From contig CAYIUF010000002.1 of the NCBI GenBank assembly GCA_964366515.1, positions 1 through 55,532 on the forward strand: 55,532 nucleotides of DNA. The letters run 5' to 3'. Both the position numbers and the translations under genes were made by a program. Positions 18,126 to 26,104 of this stretch are shown here, in pieces (the stretch's first letter is position 1; the number at the start of each line of letters is the position of its first letter). The notes under the pieces were generated by a model. That model ran no database searches and had not been told where the DNA came from. It saw only the letters and a list, made by a program, of their open reading frames with translations. This DNA is from an uncultured Gammaproteobacteria bacterium (GTDB lineage Bacteria > Patescibacteriota > Microgenomatia > UBA8517 > UBA10165).

Positions 18126-18320
18126 TTGAAAAAGCAGAAAAGCGCGGCAACGATCACAGCATCTGAAAGGAAGCCATCAGCGAGGTTCGTCCTAACTGAA
18201 GCCAAAAAACGCGAGCTTGAGGAGATGTGGCGAAAATCCGTAGCCTCAGTCAACAACGGCTTTATGCAGCTTCCAGGATATCGAGGCCGGTATCACATCC
18301 CGCCAAGGTACCCATGGTAA
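18126..18320 (+). CDS. Small basic protein, unknown function (64 aa)
   Basis: AAAGGAGG lies 6 nt before the TTG start. Confidence 0.55.
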   Translation: MKKQKSAATITASERKPSARFVLTEAKKRELEEMWRKSVASVNNGFMQLPGYRGRYHIPPRYPW

Positions 18321-18334
18321 GAAAAGGAGATCGC

Positions 18335-18529
18335 ATGAAATCGAATGAGCGCGGCACTACAGAACTCGATCAAATAATCTCCGAAGCAAACCAGGTGGGA
18401 AGCCCAACTTCGAGAGAGTGGTGGGAGTACTACGAACGCGAAGTCATTCGCCGCGTGTTAGGTCCGGTATATGACAAGGGGAGGCGGATAGGTTCCCGCG
18501 GATTAGCGATGAGGACAGTCACTTTCTGA
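18335..18529 (+). CDS. Small protein, unknown function (64 aa)
   Basis: AAAGGAG lies 5 nt before the ATG at 18335 (MKSNERGTTELDQ...). The ORF-track start at 18227 overlaps the previous gene. Confidence 0.55.
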   Translation: MKSNERGTTELDQIISEANQVGSPTSREWWEYYEREVIRRVLGPVYDKGRRIGSRGLAMRTVTF

Positions 18530-18583
18530 CCCAACGGAGCTTTCAATTTTTGTGGAAACACGAAACTTGGGAGCTCTTTTTTT
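18530..18583 (+). terminator. Candidate intrinsic terminator
   Basis: CCCAA(18530-18534)..TTGGG(18567-18571) with inner TTTC/GAAA pairing, then a T7 run (18577-18583). Confidence 0.4.
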
Positions 18584-18650
18584 GTGCCTGTTTGTTACCA
18601 CGTTCTAGAACATAGAAACATACTGCGATGATTCGAATTATCGAAGTGAA

Positions 18651-18679
18651 TTGTGTAAATTTTTCTATAGATATATACT
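18651..18679 (+). promoter_or_regulatory. Sigma70-type promoter of islet-1 second operon
   Basis: TTGTGT(18651-18656), 17 nt, TATACT(18674-18679). Confidence 0.5.
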
Positions 18680-18717
18680 AGCGATAATTCAATTTGCAGT
18701 TTAAAAAAGGAGAGAAT

Positions 18718-18960
18718 ATGTCCGGGGAAGTTAAAATCATTGTTTCCACTCGGTTGCTTTTAAAAATCATGTGGCTTTTGAGTTGGCTGCCAAGCCTTGC
18801 ATGGTTCATCCTCCTGATTGTCCGAAATCCGACACCTGAGGAATTTACCCGTACTCAACCAATGGTGATTGGGAGCTTTGCGGCGGTGTGTCTTTGGATA
18901 ATGTTAGCTGGTGTTTTTCCGCTCATCTTCGCCAAACAAGGAGATTCTGATGACACCTAA
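18718..18960 (+). CDS. Two-TM small membrane protein (80 aa)
   Basis: AAAAAGGAGAG precedes the ATG at 18718. Two hydrophobic helices (LLLKIMWLLSWLPSLAWFILLIV; VIGSFAAVCLWIMLAGVFPLIF). Confidence 0.6.
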   Translation: MSGEVKIIVSTRLLLKIMWLLSWLPSLAWFILLIVRNPTPEEFTRTQPMVIGSFAAVCLWIMLAGVFPLIFAKQGDSDDT

Positions 18961-19210
18961 GTGCATGCCGCGTTGGCCAATCTGTTCCTACATCAAGGTA
19001 GGCAAAGGAGGAAGACTGGTATTGAGCAGAAAACAACCAAACCCGTTTGCGTCGGTCTTTGCAAAGAGGCTGGCTCGTCAACCTCTGACACGTCGAGACA
19101 AGGCACTCTTGGTTCAGTTTTGGAAAGAGGCCAAGCATAGCCTTGCCGAGCGGGTTGACGAGGAGTCGCGAGCGGCTGTTGTTTGGGAAAGGCGAAGAAC
19201 AGTTGTCTAG
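18950..19210 (+). CDS. Small Arg/Lys-rich protein (86 aa)
   Basis: AAGGAG lies 6 nt before the ATG at 18950. Overlaps the previous gene by 11 nt. Confidence 0.5.
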   Translation: MTPKCMPRWPICSYIKVGKGGRLVLSRKQPNPFASVFAKRLARQPLTRRDKALLVQFWKEAKHSLAERVDEESRAAVVWERRRTVV

Positions 19211-19232
19211 TCTATCCAGAAAGGGGAGAGAA

Positions 19233-19457
19233 TTGAACATAGCCTTTGTTCCAAATGTGCGCTTGTTGAGGATTGCACTTGGGGGCATGCTCTTGGCGAT
19301 AGTTGGGGGGGTTGCTTTTGAAATCGTCAACCCTACCACAGCCAAACCAGAAATCATCGCCGCCCTCGGGATTTTGGTCGTGATTGGGCTTGCAAGCATT
19401 GTGTGCTTTGTGCTTGCAATTGCCCGCGGCCGTGTTAGGTCAGAGCGGGGAGGCTGA
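19233..19457 (+). CDS. Two-TM small membrane protein (about 74 aa)
   Basis: AAAGGGGAG precedes an in-frame TTG at 19233. Two hydrophobic helices. Start uncertain (ORF track gives 19143). Confidence 0.5.
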   Translation: MNIAFVPNVRLLRIALGGMLLAIVGGVAFEIVNPTTAKPEIIAALGILVVIGLASIVCFVLAIARGRVRSERGG

Positions 19458-19476
19458 TATTAGAAAGGAGGGAGAA

Positions 19477-19710
19477 GTGACTCAGCGGAAACAAACCCGG
19501 GACAGGGTCTATCAGATTGGAGGCGCGACTCTCTCGAGGGCTGAGCTTGACAAGATGAGGCCAAAACCTTTGTCCAAGGCTGGACAAGTTCGTCATGAGC
19601 GGTTCAAAAGAATGGCGCAGAAGCGCTGGCACAGCCTTCTGAGGGAAATGGTTGTCAGGGACTTTGAAAGCTTAGGACGACAAGGTAGATTCGGACCACT
19701 GCCAGTTTGA
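19477..19710 (+). CDS. Small Arg/Lys-rich protein (77 aa)
   Basis: AAAGGAGGG precedes an in-frame GTG at 19477. The GG..LSR segment resembles the 18950 product. Confidence 0.5.
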   Translation: MTQRKQTRDRVYQIGGATLSRAELDKMRPKPLSKAGQVRHERFKRMAQKRWHSLLREMVVRDFESLGRQGRFGPLPV

Positions 19711-19715
19711 CCAAT

Positions 19716-19768
19716 GGAGCTGTTTTTTGAAGCAGAAATGCAACAAAAGATGGCTCCTTTTTCTTTTG
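19716..19768 (+). terminator. Candidate intrinsic terminator
   Basis: GGAGC(19716-19720)..GCTCC(19753-19757), then TTTTTCTTTT. Its 5' context TGACCAATGGAGC mirrors TGACCCAACGGAGC at 18527. Confidence 0.4.
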
Positions 19769-19824
19769 AGTTTGTAAGTGCTACACTTTCCCAACGAAGC
19801 TTGCAGTTTGAAAAGGAGTAAAGG

Positions 19825-20055
19825 ATGGCTGTATTATTCAAGAACAAGAGGGTGGGGTTTGTGCTTTTTTATGTCATCACACCGCTGGTTCTGGGCTTTC
19901 TGGGTCCGCGGGTTTTAGAAAGTCTAGGTTTGGGCGTATTCATTGTGCCGGCCTTCGGCCTCTGCATTCTGGTGTTGTATTTGCGGATTGCACGGCAAGA
20001 GGCAGCCGATTCGGCAAAGCGACGAGTGGCATTTGCTTCGAGAGGGAGAGACTAG
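19825..20055 (+). CDS. Two-TM small membrane protein (76 aa)
   Basis: AAAAGGAG precedes the ATG. Two hydrophobic helices. Confidence 0.6.
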   Translation: MAVLFKNKRVGFVLFYVITPLVLGFLGPRVLESLGLGVFIVPAFGLCILVLYLRIARQEAADSAKRRVAFASRGRD

Positions 20056-20057
20056 GA

Positions 20058-20321
20058 ATGTTTGAGCAGCTAGCCGCAATATTGACGGGCAAAGTCGAAC
20101 CTGAGGCAAAAGCTATCAAGCAGATGACTTTGTGTTTTCCGGTCCTCGGAATACTTGGCGCTTTCTACTGCTTTAGGTATTTCATACCTGATCGGATCGA
20201 CCTGCTGGGGTGGTTGACCCTCCTGGTTTCTTTGATCGTGTGCTTTCTGGCCCTGAGATTCTGGTACCTTGCAATTAAGCGAGGCAAGCGAGTCAAAGTG
20301 TTTGAATGGCGGGACGACTAG
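20058..20321 (+). CDS. Two-TM small membrane protein (87 aa)
   Basis: GAGGGAGAG precedes the ATG, which lies 2 nt after the previous stop. Two hydrophobic helices. Confidence 0.6.
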   Translation: MFEQLAAILTGKVEPEAKAIKQMTLCFPVLGILGAFYCFRYFIPDRIDLLGWLTLLVSLIVCFLALRFWYLAIKRGKRVKVFEWRDD

Positions 20322-20326
20322 TTCAT

Positions 20327-20371
20327 AGAGCTGCTGATTTTTTGTTTCAAACACAAGAAATTGGCAGCTCT
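20327..20371. terminator. Bidirectional hairpin between convergent genes
   Basis: AGAGCTGC(20327-20334)/GCAGCTCT(20364-20371) with inner TGTTT-C-AAACA. T-rich on the + side. Confidence 0.5.
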
Positions 20372-20374
20372 TTT

Positions 20375-22957
20375 CTATTCTTCTGCCTCAAATATTGTGC
20401 CTTCGTTGGTTGTGGGAGGGGTTGTTGGCACAGAAGTTCGAGATTCTTCTACTTCTACTTCTACTCGCTCTGCGGACACACTAGGACTGCGATCAGGATC
20501 ACCGAACACCGGTACTTGGCGGCCCGTTTCTGGGCGCCAGACCTCGTTTACATTTTTGCTTGGGGGACGTTCTGGGCTTTTTTCACGACTCCTCTTTCGT
20601 TTAGGGCGGTCAGCATCTGAGGCAATCGGGTTATCGGGTGATCGGGTGACTTGGATATCAGGAGATCGGGGTATCGGGTTGTCTTGTACTTGATTTCCTG
20701 TTTTCCCGATATCCGTCTTTACTGGTACCCTGATTCCCTGATTAACTTGCACCGGAGGTGCAACATATGCATCTTCTCCAGCAAGCTTTGTGTATTTTGC
20801 CTCGGAGGATTCAATAACTTTTTCTCTATTGCTGTTTTTGATTTCCGGCAAAGGAAGCGTGTAGGCAAAAAAGGGCCTTGAGGTTTTTGCATCAATTGCT
20901 AGTTTTGTAATTATTTGATAATTATCCAAGGCAACCATGTCTTCTTCTTTATAGACTCCGCCAAATTCGCGCATCAGAATTTGTGCGTCTTGGGCGCCAA
21001 CAAGAAAAGTCATCAAAGTTCCAACGTTTCCGAAAATTGCATGTTGGACTTCTTCTATAACCTGGCTTATATATTGGTTTGCAACAGTTAAATTTAGGCG
21101 ATATTTTCGGGCTTCTGACAAAATCTTGATAAATGACAAAGTTGCAAAGTTTTGGAACTCGTCAACATATAGATAAAAATCTTTTCTTTTTTCTTCTGCA
21201 ACTGATGCCCTATTCATTGCGGCAAGCTGGATTTTTGTAATGATCATTGCCCCAAGAAGCGCCGCATTGTCTTCTCCAAGACGCCCTTGGGACAAATTTA
21301 AAATAACAATTTTGCCTGTATCCATTGCGTCCTCCATATCAATTGTTGATTTTGGATAGCCAATGATTTCTCGAATGGTTGGAGAGGAGACGAATTGACC
21401 GACTTTGTTCAAAATCGGAGAAATTGCTTCCGTTTGCAATTTATCATTCATCTTTTCAAACTCATTTTCCCAGAAGTTTTTAAGAACAATGTCGTCCAAT
21501 GGCGCAACAACTGTTTTTCTAAATGCACGGTCTGTTAGAAGGCGTGGCACATCCACAAGAGTTGAATTTGGCCTTAAAATAAGGGTCAAAATACAGTTTC
21601 TTAAAATATACTCAAGCCTTGGACCCCAAGAGTGGCCATACAATTTTTGAAAAATAGAAACAACCCCCGATGCAACCAATTCTCCCTGCTCGGGATTTTT
21701 TACTTCAAATAAGTTCATTCTAAAAGGTCTTCTTGCGGCTGCTGCTGCATCAAGATACACAACGTCGTTTATTCTGTAGTCTGGGATATAGTCAAGGATA
21801 ATTTCTGATAAATCTCCGTGGGGGTCAACAACTGCCAAGCCCTCCCCATTGACCATATCATTTATTGCCATATTGGCAATTAAAGTTGATTTTCCAGTAC
21901 CAGATTTTCCTACAATATAAATATGGCGACGTCTGTCGTTTTTTTTGATTCCGAAATTTGTCAGTTGATTTCTAAATTCTGTTTTTGCAAAGAAATTAAT
22001 TTGGGCAATTTCTTCAGGCGTTTGGCCAACTCCTGTTGGAAGCGTATCTGGAGGATCGCCAAGCAGAGAGCCGCCCCAGGTAACATTTTTAATTTCCGAT
22101 AAATCCAGAGAAGGGAGATGAAAAATTGTTGCGAGTTCGTCTACTGATAAATATTGTCCTCCCGGGACAAATTTTGGGCTTCTAGTCAAAACGCTTTGCA
22201 AAAATGCATTTTGCTGCCAGAATTTTGGCTTTGCAAAAACTAGCGAATTGCTCTCGCCTAAAGTTAGAGATCCAAAAGATCCGGCCAACGAGGATACAAG
22301 CTGTTTTGCTCTTTTTTCGTCGGTTGATGCGGCAAGAAGGCGAATTCCAACTCGGAAAGCGTTTTGTGTGAGTTTTTTGTCGATTAATGCCGCTTTGGGG
22401 TGGGCTTTTTTGACTCCCTCTGCGTCCATTACGCCTGCAACAACTGCTCGGTTTCCTTTTGATCGCCATCGGGAGCCTGCGGGAAGTACTATTACTTGCA
22501 CGAGGAGTGTGTCTTCATCATTTACTTTTGCCATTGTTCCTAAAACTGAAGATAAAGGATCGGAATCTGCAAATTCGCGCCATGTTTTTAGAGGCAGGTA
22601 ATTTGCGCCTGAAAGTTTAAGTTCTCCAACTACTGTAAATTTTCCTTGAATTTTCTCGGGCAATGGGTCGGGGCTTGCTACGATACTTGCTTTTGGGTAT
22701 TGAGCCGCGATCTGAGATTCTATATAAGCACTAAGGGTGTCGGGGAAATGGGCATAGAAATGGGTTTTTTGGTTTACTGAGATTATTTCAAAAACGATGG
22801 GCTCTTCTGTTCCTAAAATTCTATTGAAAATTGAAGAGCGCAAGGAAGACAAACTTGAGAAAACTTGCGAGGCTGCTTCTATCGTCACTTCTGCGGTTCT
22901 ATCAGGTCTCAGCTCAACTGTGTGTAGGGGCATATTAGGTATTTTAACACACTCCAA
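20375..22957 (-). CDS. FtsK/HerA-superfamily P-loop ATPase of the TraD/TraG/VirD4 (type IV coupling protein-like) kind, with low-complexity C-terminal tail
   Basis: Walker A IVGKSGTGKSTL and Walker B-like DFYLYVDEFQNF. Architecture resembles T4CP-like proteins (recall). The start may be ATG at 22933 (MPLHTVEL...). Confidence 0.7.
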   Translation of the reverse strand: MECVKIPNMPLHTVELRPDRTAEVTIEAASQVFSSLSSLRSSIFNRILGTEEPIVFEIISVNQKTHFYAHFPDTLSAYIESQIAAQYPKASIVASPDPLPEKIQGKFTVVGELKLSGANYLPLKTWREFADSDPLSSVLGTMAKVNDEDTLLVQVIVLPAGSRWRSKGNRAVVAGVMDAEGVKKAHPKAALIDKKLTQNAFRVGIRLLAASTDEKRAKQLVSSLAGSFGSLTLGESNSLVFAKPKFWQQNAFLQSVLTRSPKFVPGGQYLSVDELATIFHLPSLDLSEIKNVTWGGSLLGDPPDTLPTGVGQTPEEIAQINFFAKTEFRNQLTNFGIKKNDRRRHIYIVGKSGTGKSTLIANMAINDMVNGEGLAVVDPHGDLSEIILDYIPDYRINDVVYLDAAAAARRPFRMNLFEVKNPEQGELVASGVVSIFQKLYGHSWGPRLEYILRNCILTLILRPNSTLVDVPRLLTDRAFRKTVVAPLDDIVLKNFWENEFEKMNDKLQTEAISPILNKVGQFVSSPTIREIIGYPKSTIDMEDAMDTGKIVILNLSQGRLGEDNAALLGAMIITKIQLAAMNRASVAEEKRKDFYLYVDEFQNFATLSFIKILSEARKYRLNLTVANQYISQVIEEVQHAIFGNVGTLMTFLVGAQDAQILMREFGGVYKEEDMVALDNYQIITKLAIDAKTSRPFFAYTLPLPEIKNSNREKVIESSEAKYTKLAGEDAYVAPPVQVNQGIRVPVKTDIGKTGNQVQDNPIPRSPDIQVTRSPDNPIASDADRPKRKRSREKSPERPPSKNVNEVWRPETGRQVPVFGDPDRSPSVSAERVEVEVEESRTSVPTTPPTTNEGTIFEAEE

Positions 22958-22989
22958 GTGTGTCTGAGCGATCAGCGAATATCACTTTT

Positions 22990-24840
22990 TTATTGGCTGG
23001 GGGGTACTCCCAAATATACAAACATGTCTTTTGCGATGTTGAACCAAAGTGGAGCTGAGGTTTCGGAGGCCCAGGGGGAACTTGATGGTTCTTTCAAAGT
23101 TACCAGCATTACAAATTCCGGATCGTCTGCCGGGGCAAAGCCGACAAAAGAGGCAATTGTTTTTTCGGGATCGTAATGGCCTGCAATTGGAATTTGGGCT
23201 GTTCCTGTTTTTCCTGCAATAACATGTCCTTTGGGCGCAGCCCATTTTGCCTCTCCTGCTCGTACTGCATTTATCATCATTTCAGTTACTTCGTCTGCTG
23301 ATTTTTTTGAAATTATTTGTTTGTCCACCTCGGGCTTTATGTCTTGTTCAAACCCAGCTCCTTCAATTTTGTCTACAACTTGGGGGGTTGGAATTTTTCC
23401 GTCATTTGCAATTGCAGAAACTGCGCGGGTTAGCTGAATTGGGGTAATTGCAATTCCCTGGCCAAAACTAGTTGTTGCAAGATCTATTTGACCCCACTTA
23501 CCTTTAGTTCTTAGCTTTGGGGCACTTTCTCCTTGGAGATCGATTCCCGAAATCCCTCCAAAACCAAACTTTGAAAGATAGTCGTAGAATTTGTCCGCTC
23601 CCAGGCGTTGGGCAGTCCAAACCATCCCCACGTTGTCTGAATTTTTAATAATTTCCCCCGGTGTTGCATCTTTATGGTACTTTTCGTCCCATGTACGAAT
23701 TGTATATGGCCCAATTCTTAGACTTCCTGTGCATTTATCACATCTGTCGTCAAGCTTGACTGCCCCTGCGTCAAGAGCGGATGCCATTACAACAACCTTA
23801 AAAACTGAGCCCGGTTCAAAGGTTTGGGAAATAACCGGGTTTATATAATCTGCCTCTGTGTATTTTCCAAAATATATGGGGTTATATGTAGGAAATGAGG
23901 CCATTGCAAGAATTGCACCATCTTTTGGGCGCATTACAACAACTGATCCAGCCTTTGCCCCATATCTTTCAACTCCTTCCTTTAGCTTTTTTTCAACGAT
24001 ATATTGGATAGTTCGATCGATGTGGGTTTTTAGATTTACCCCGTCTAGGGCATTTATCTTTCTTGTATTTCCAACCAAAATCGGATTCCCAAGGGCGTCA
24101 ATCTCTCCTGCGTCTTCTCCTCCAACGCCCGAAAGGGCTACGTCATACTTTCCTTCCAACCCAAAATAACCTTGATCAAGACCTGCCGTGTCTTGGCCAA
24201 CAAATCCCAATAGATGCGCGCTCATTGAGGCCTCTGGGTAAATTCTTCTTGAGTTTTGGTCAAACCCAATACCTTCAATTTTCAAGTTTTCTATTTCTTC
24301 TTTTGTTTTGTTGTCAACTTTTGGCTTTAGAGAAACCCAGGCGCCCTTTTTTGAAAGTATCCCAAGAAGCCTTGTTGTTTCATTCTTGATTAACTGCTCT
24401 GGGGTTATTTGTAAGCTTCCTTCGACTCGCTCAGGACGCTCGTCCGAACTCACGCCCGCCACATTGGCTGAGTCCGTTGCCTCCTCAGTTTTTGCAATTT
24501 CCACGGGACTTTCTGCCAAATAAGGCGCAAGCTTTTCTGCAATACTTTTGGGGTCTTTAATTTTTCTTGGGTCTGCCCAAATTGTCCAACCTGGGGCTGA
24601 GGCAACAAGCGGCATGTTGTCGGAGGCCAGGATTGCGCCTCTGAGACTTGAGACATTTTTTGAGGTCTTTTGTTGGGATTTTCCTAAAAATTCAAGTTCT
24701 TCGCCGCGAACAACCTGCCAAGTGAATAGTCGTAAAATAATTAAAACCGATAGAAGAAAGAATATCCCAATAAGGATTACAACCCTACTGGCTCTCCAAA
24801 ATGACGTTTGCCTGCGCTGTACCTTTTGCAGTTTCCGCAT
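22990..24840 (-). CDS. ftsI: Class B penicillin-binding protein / transpeptidase FtsI
   Basis: N-terminal anchor, SVFK (SxxK), SDN (SxN) and KTGTA (KTG) motifs. Confidence 0.9.
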   Translation of the reverse strand: MRKLQKVQRRQTSFWRASRVVILIGIFFLLSVLIILRLFTWQVVRGEELEFLGKSQQKTSKNVSSLRGAILASDNMPLVASAPGWTIWADPRKIKDPKSIAEKLAPYLAESPVEIAKTEEATDSANVAGVSSDERPERVEGSLQITPEQLIKNETTRLLGILSKKGAWVSLKPKVDNKTKEEIENLKIEGIGFDQNSRRIYPEASMSAHLLGFVGQDTAGLDQGYFGLEGKYDVALSGVGGEDAGEIDALGNPILVGNTRKINALDGVNLKTHIDRTIQYIVEKKLKEGVERYGAKAGSVVVMRPKDGAILAMASFPTYNPIYFGKYTEADYINPVISQTFEPGSVFKVVVMASALDAGAVKLDDRCDKCTGSLRIGPYTIRTWDEKYHKDATPGEIIKNSDNVGMVWTAQRLGADKFYDYLSKFGFGGISGIDLQGESAPKLRTKGKWGQIDLATTSFGQGIAITPIQLTRAVSAIANDGKIPTPQVVDKIEGAGFEQDIKPEVDKQIISKKSADEVTEMMINAVRAGEAKWAAPKGHVIAGKTGTAQIPIAGHYDPEKTIASFVGFAPADDPEFVMLVTLKEPSSSPWASETSAPLWFNIAKDMFVYLGVPPSQ

Positions 24841-25147
24841 ATATTATTGATTCGGGCTTTGCCAATCCAAGACTTTGTGCTCTCCCCTCAATTATAGAAA
24901 GAGATGACCTTTCGGTTATTTTTTCTTCTAAAATCTGGTTTTGGCGAGAAACAAGTTGGATTTGGGTTTCAATTCTTGCCAATTCCTCCCCTTGCCCCGC
25001 AGTCATATTTGAAACATATAGCTGGAAGCTCAATGAAATTGCAAGAGGAAGAACCCAAAAAAACATTTTCTTTTTGCTGATTTTTTTGCCTGTTATTTCC
25101 CTAACGAGCATATCTTTTTTAACTTTTTGAAACTGTAATTTTGTCAT
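24785..25147 (-). CDS. ftsL: FtsL-like septum protein (single TM plus coiled coil)
   Basis: MFFWVLPLAISLSFQLYV anchor followed by a heptad-like region. Sits between rsmH and ftsI. Confidence 0.65.
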   Translation of the reverse strand: MTKLQFQKVKKDMLVREITGKKISKKKMFFWVLPLAISLSFQLYVSNMTAGQGEELARIETQIQLVSRQNQILEEKITERSSLSIIEGRAQSLGLAKPESIIYAETAKGTAQANVILESQ

Positions 25148-26097
25148 TTGTTTGTCATTTTCTCGAGAACTCGCAATTTTGCGGATCGAGCTCTTGGGTT
25201 TTCATATATTTCTGCTTCTGTTGGTACGACCGGTTTTTTTGTTAATATTTTCCCCTTTTTTTCTCTTTCCCAATCTCTAAACGCATTTTTTACTATTCGG
25301 TCTTCACCTGAGTGAAAACTAATTATTAGAAGTCGGCCGCCGGGTTTTAAGAGTTCAAAAGCCTGTGGAAGTGCAATTTTCAGATTTTCTAATTCGGAAT
25401 TGACGGCGATGCGCAAAGCCATGAATATGCGAGTGGCAGGGTGCAAATGAGTCTTATAGCGGATCTGAGATCCGATATGTCGGGACTTTGTTCCGTCATT
25501 AGACCATTTGGTCAAATTTGTCTGCTCCACAAGACTTGCTAGATCTCGTGTAGAGGTGAAAGGCTTTAGCTTCCTTCCCTCCACGATTTTGCGCGCAAGC
25601 ACGTGCGCTTTTGGTTCATCGCCAAATTCGCGAAACAAGTGTTCTAGCTCTTTTTCGGGAAGGCTATTTACTAAATCTGCCGCCGTTACCCCTAAATTGG
25701 GGTCAAGGCGCATATCTAGCGGGCCATCATTTGAAAATGAGAGACCACGGGTGGGCTCGTCCATCTGGAAGCTGGCGAAGCCAAGATCCATCAAGATTCC
25801 GTCCACGCTTGAAAAGCCATGGCTTTCTGCAACCGCTTGTATTTTGGAGAAATTGGAATTTACTAAAATGGGGAAAATACCAGGGCAGGCATTTTCAAGA
25901 TATTTTCTTGCAAAATCCAGCGATATTGGGTCTTGGTCGAGTCCCAACACTTCTCCACCAATTTTGCAGATTTCGGCACTATGGCCGCCGCTACCAACAG
26001 TTGCATCGATATATCGACCTCCACTTTTCACTTTTTGGAAGTTTAAAACTTCCAAAAAGAGAACAGTCGTGTGGGTCTGATCTGCGTTTAATGTCAT
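25144..26097 (-). CDS. rsmH: 16S rRNA (cytosine1402-N4)-methyltransferase RsmH
   Basis: DATVGSGGHS SAM motif. Follows mraZ. Confidence 0.9.
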   Translation of the reverse strand: MTLNADQTHTTVLFLEVLNFQKVKSGGRYIDATVGSGGHSAEICKIGGEVLGLDQDPISLDFARKYLENACPGIFPILVNSNFSKIQAVAESHGFSSVDGILMDLGFASFQMDEPTRGLSFSNDGPLDMRLDPNLGVTAADLVNSLPEKELEHLFREFGDEPKAHVLARKIVEGRKLKPFTSTRDLASLVEQTNLTKWSNDGTKSRHIGSQIRYKTHLHPATRIFMALRIAVNSELENLKIALPQAFELLKPGGRLLIISFHSGEDRIVKNAFRDWEREKKGKILTKKPVVPTEAEIYENPRARSAKLRVLEKMTNK

Positions 26098-26104
26098 TAA
26101 GGTG

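Larger units (their letters stand above)
18046..20374 (+). other. GC-rich islet 1: eight small plus-strand genes inserted inside the dcw cluster
   Basis: Visible composition shift, the only coherent plus-strand coding in the window, and strong SD sequences before every gene. Confidence 0.65.

Noticed and set aside
17579-18166. Long plus-strand ORFs (for example 17579..18166, 25508..26080, 25611..26144, 8163..8741, 4627..5187, 13367..13819, 14884..15378, 11719..12207) lying opposite conserved minus-strand genes.
   Set aside because: They are antisense shadows of well-supported dcw genes (murC, rsmH, mraY, ftsQ, murA, murD, murF). They have no SD sequence, no recognisable motifs, and the low-complexity composition typical of reverse frames.
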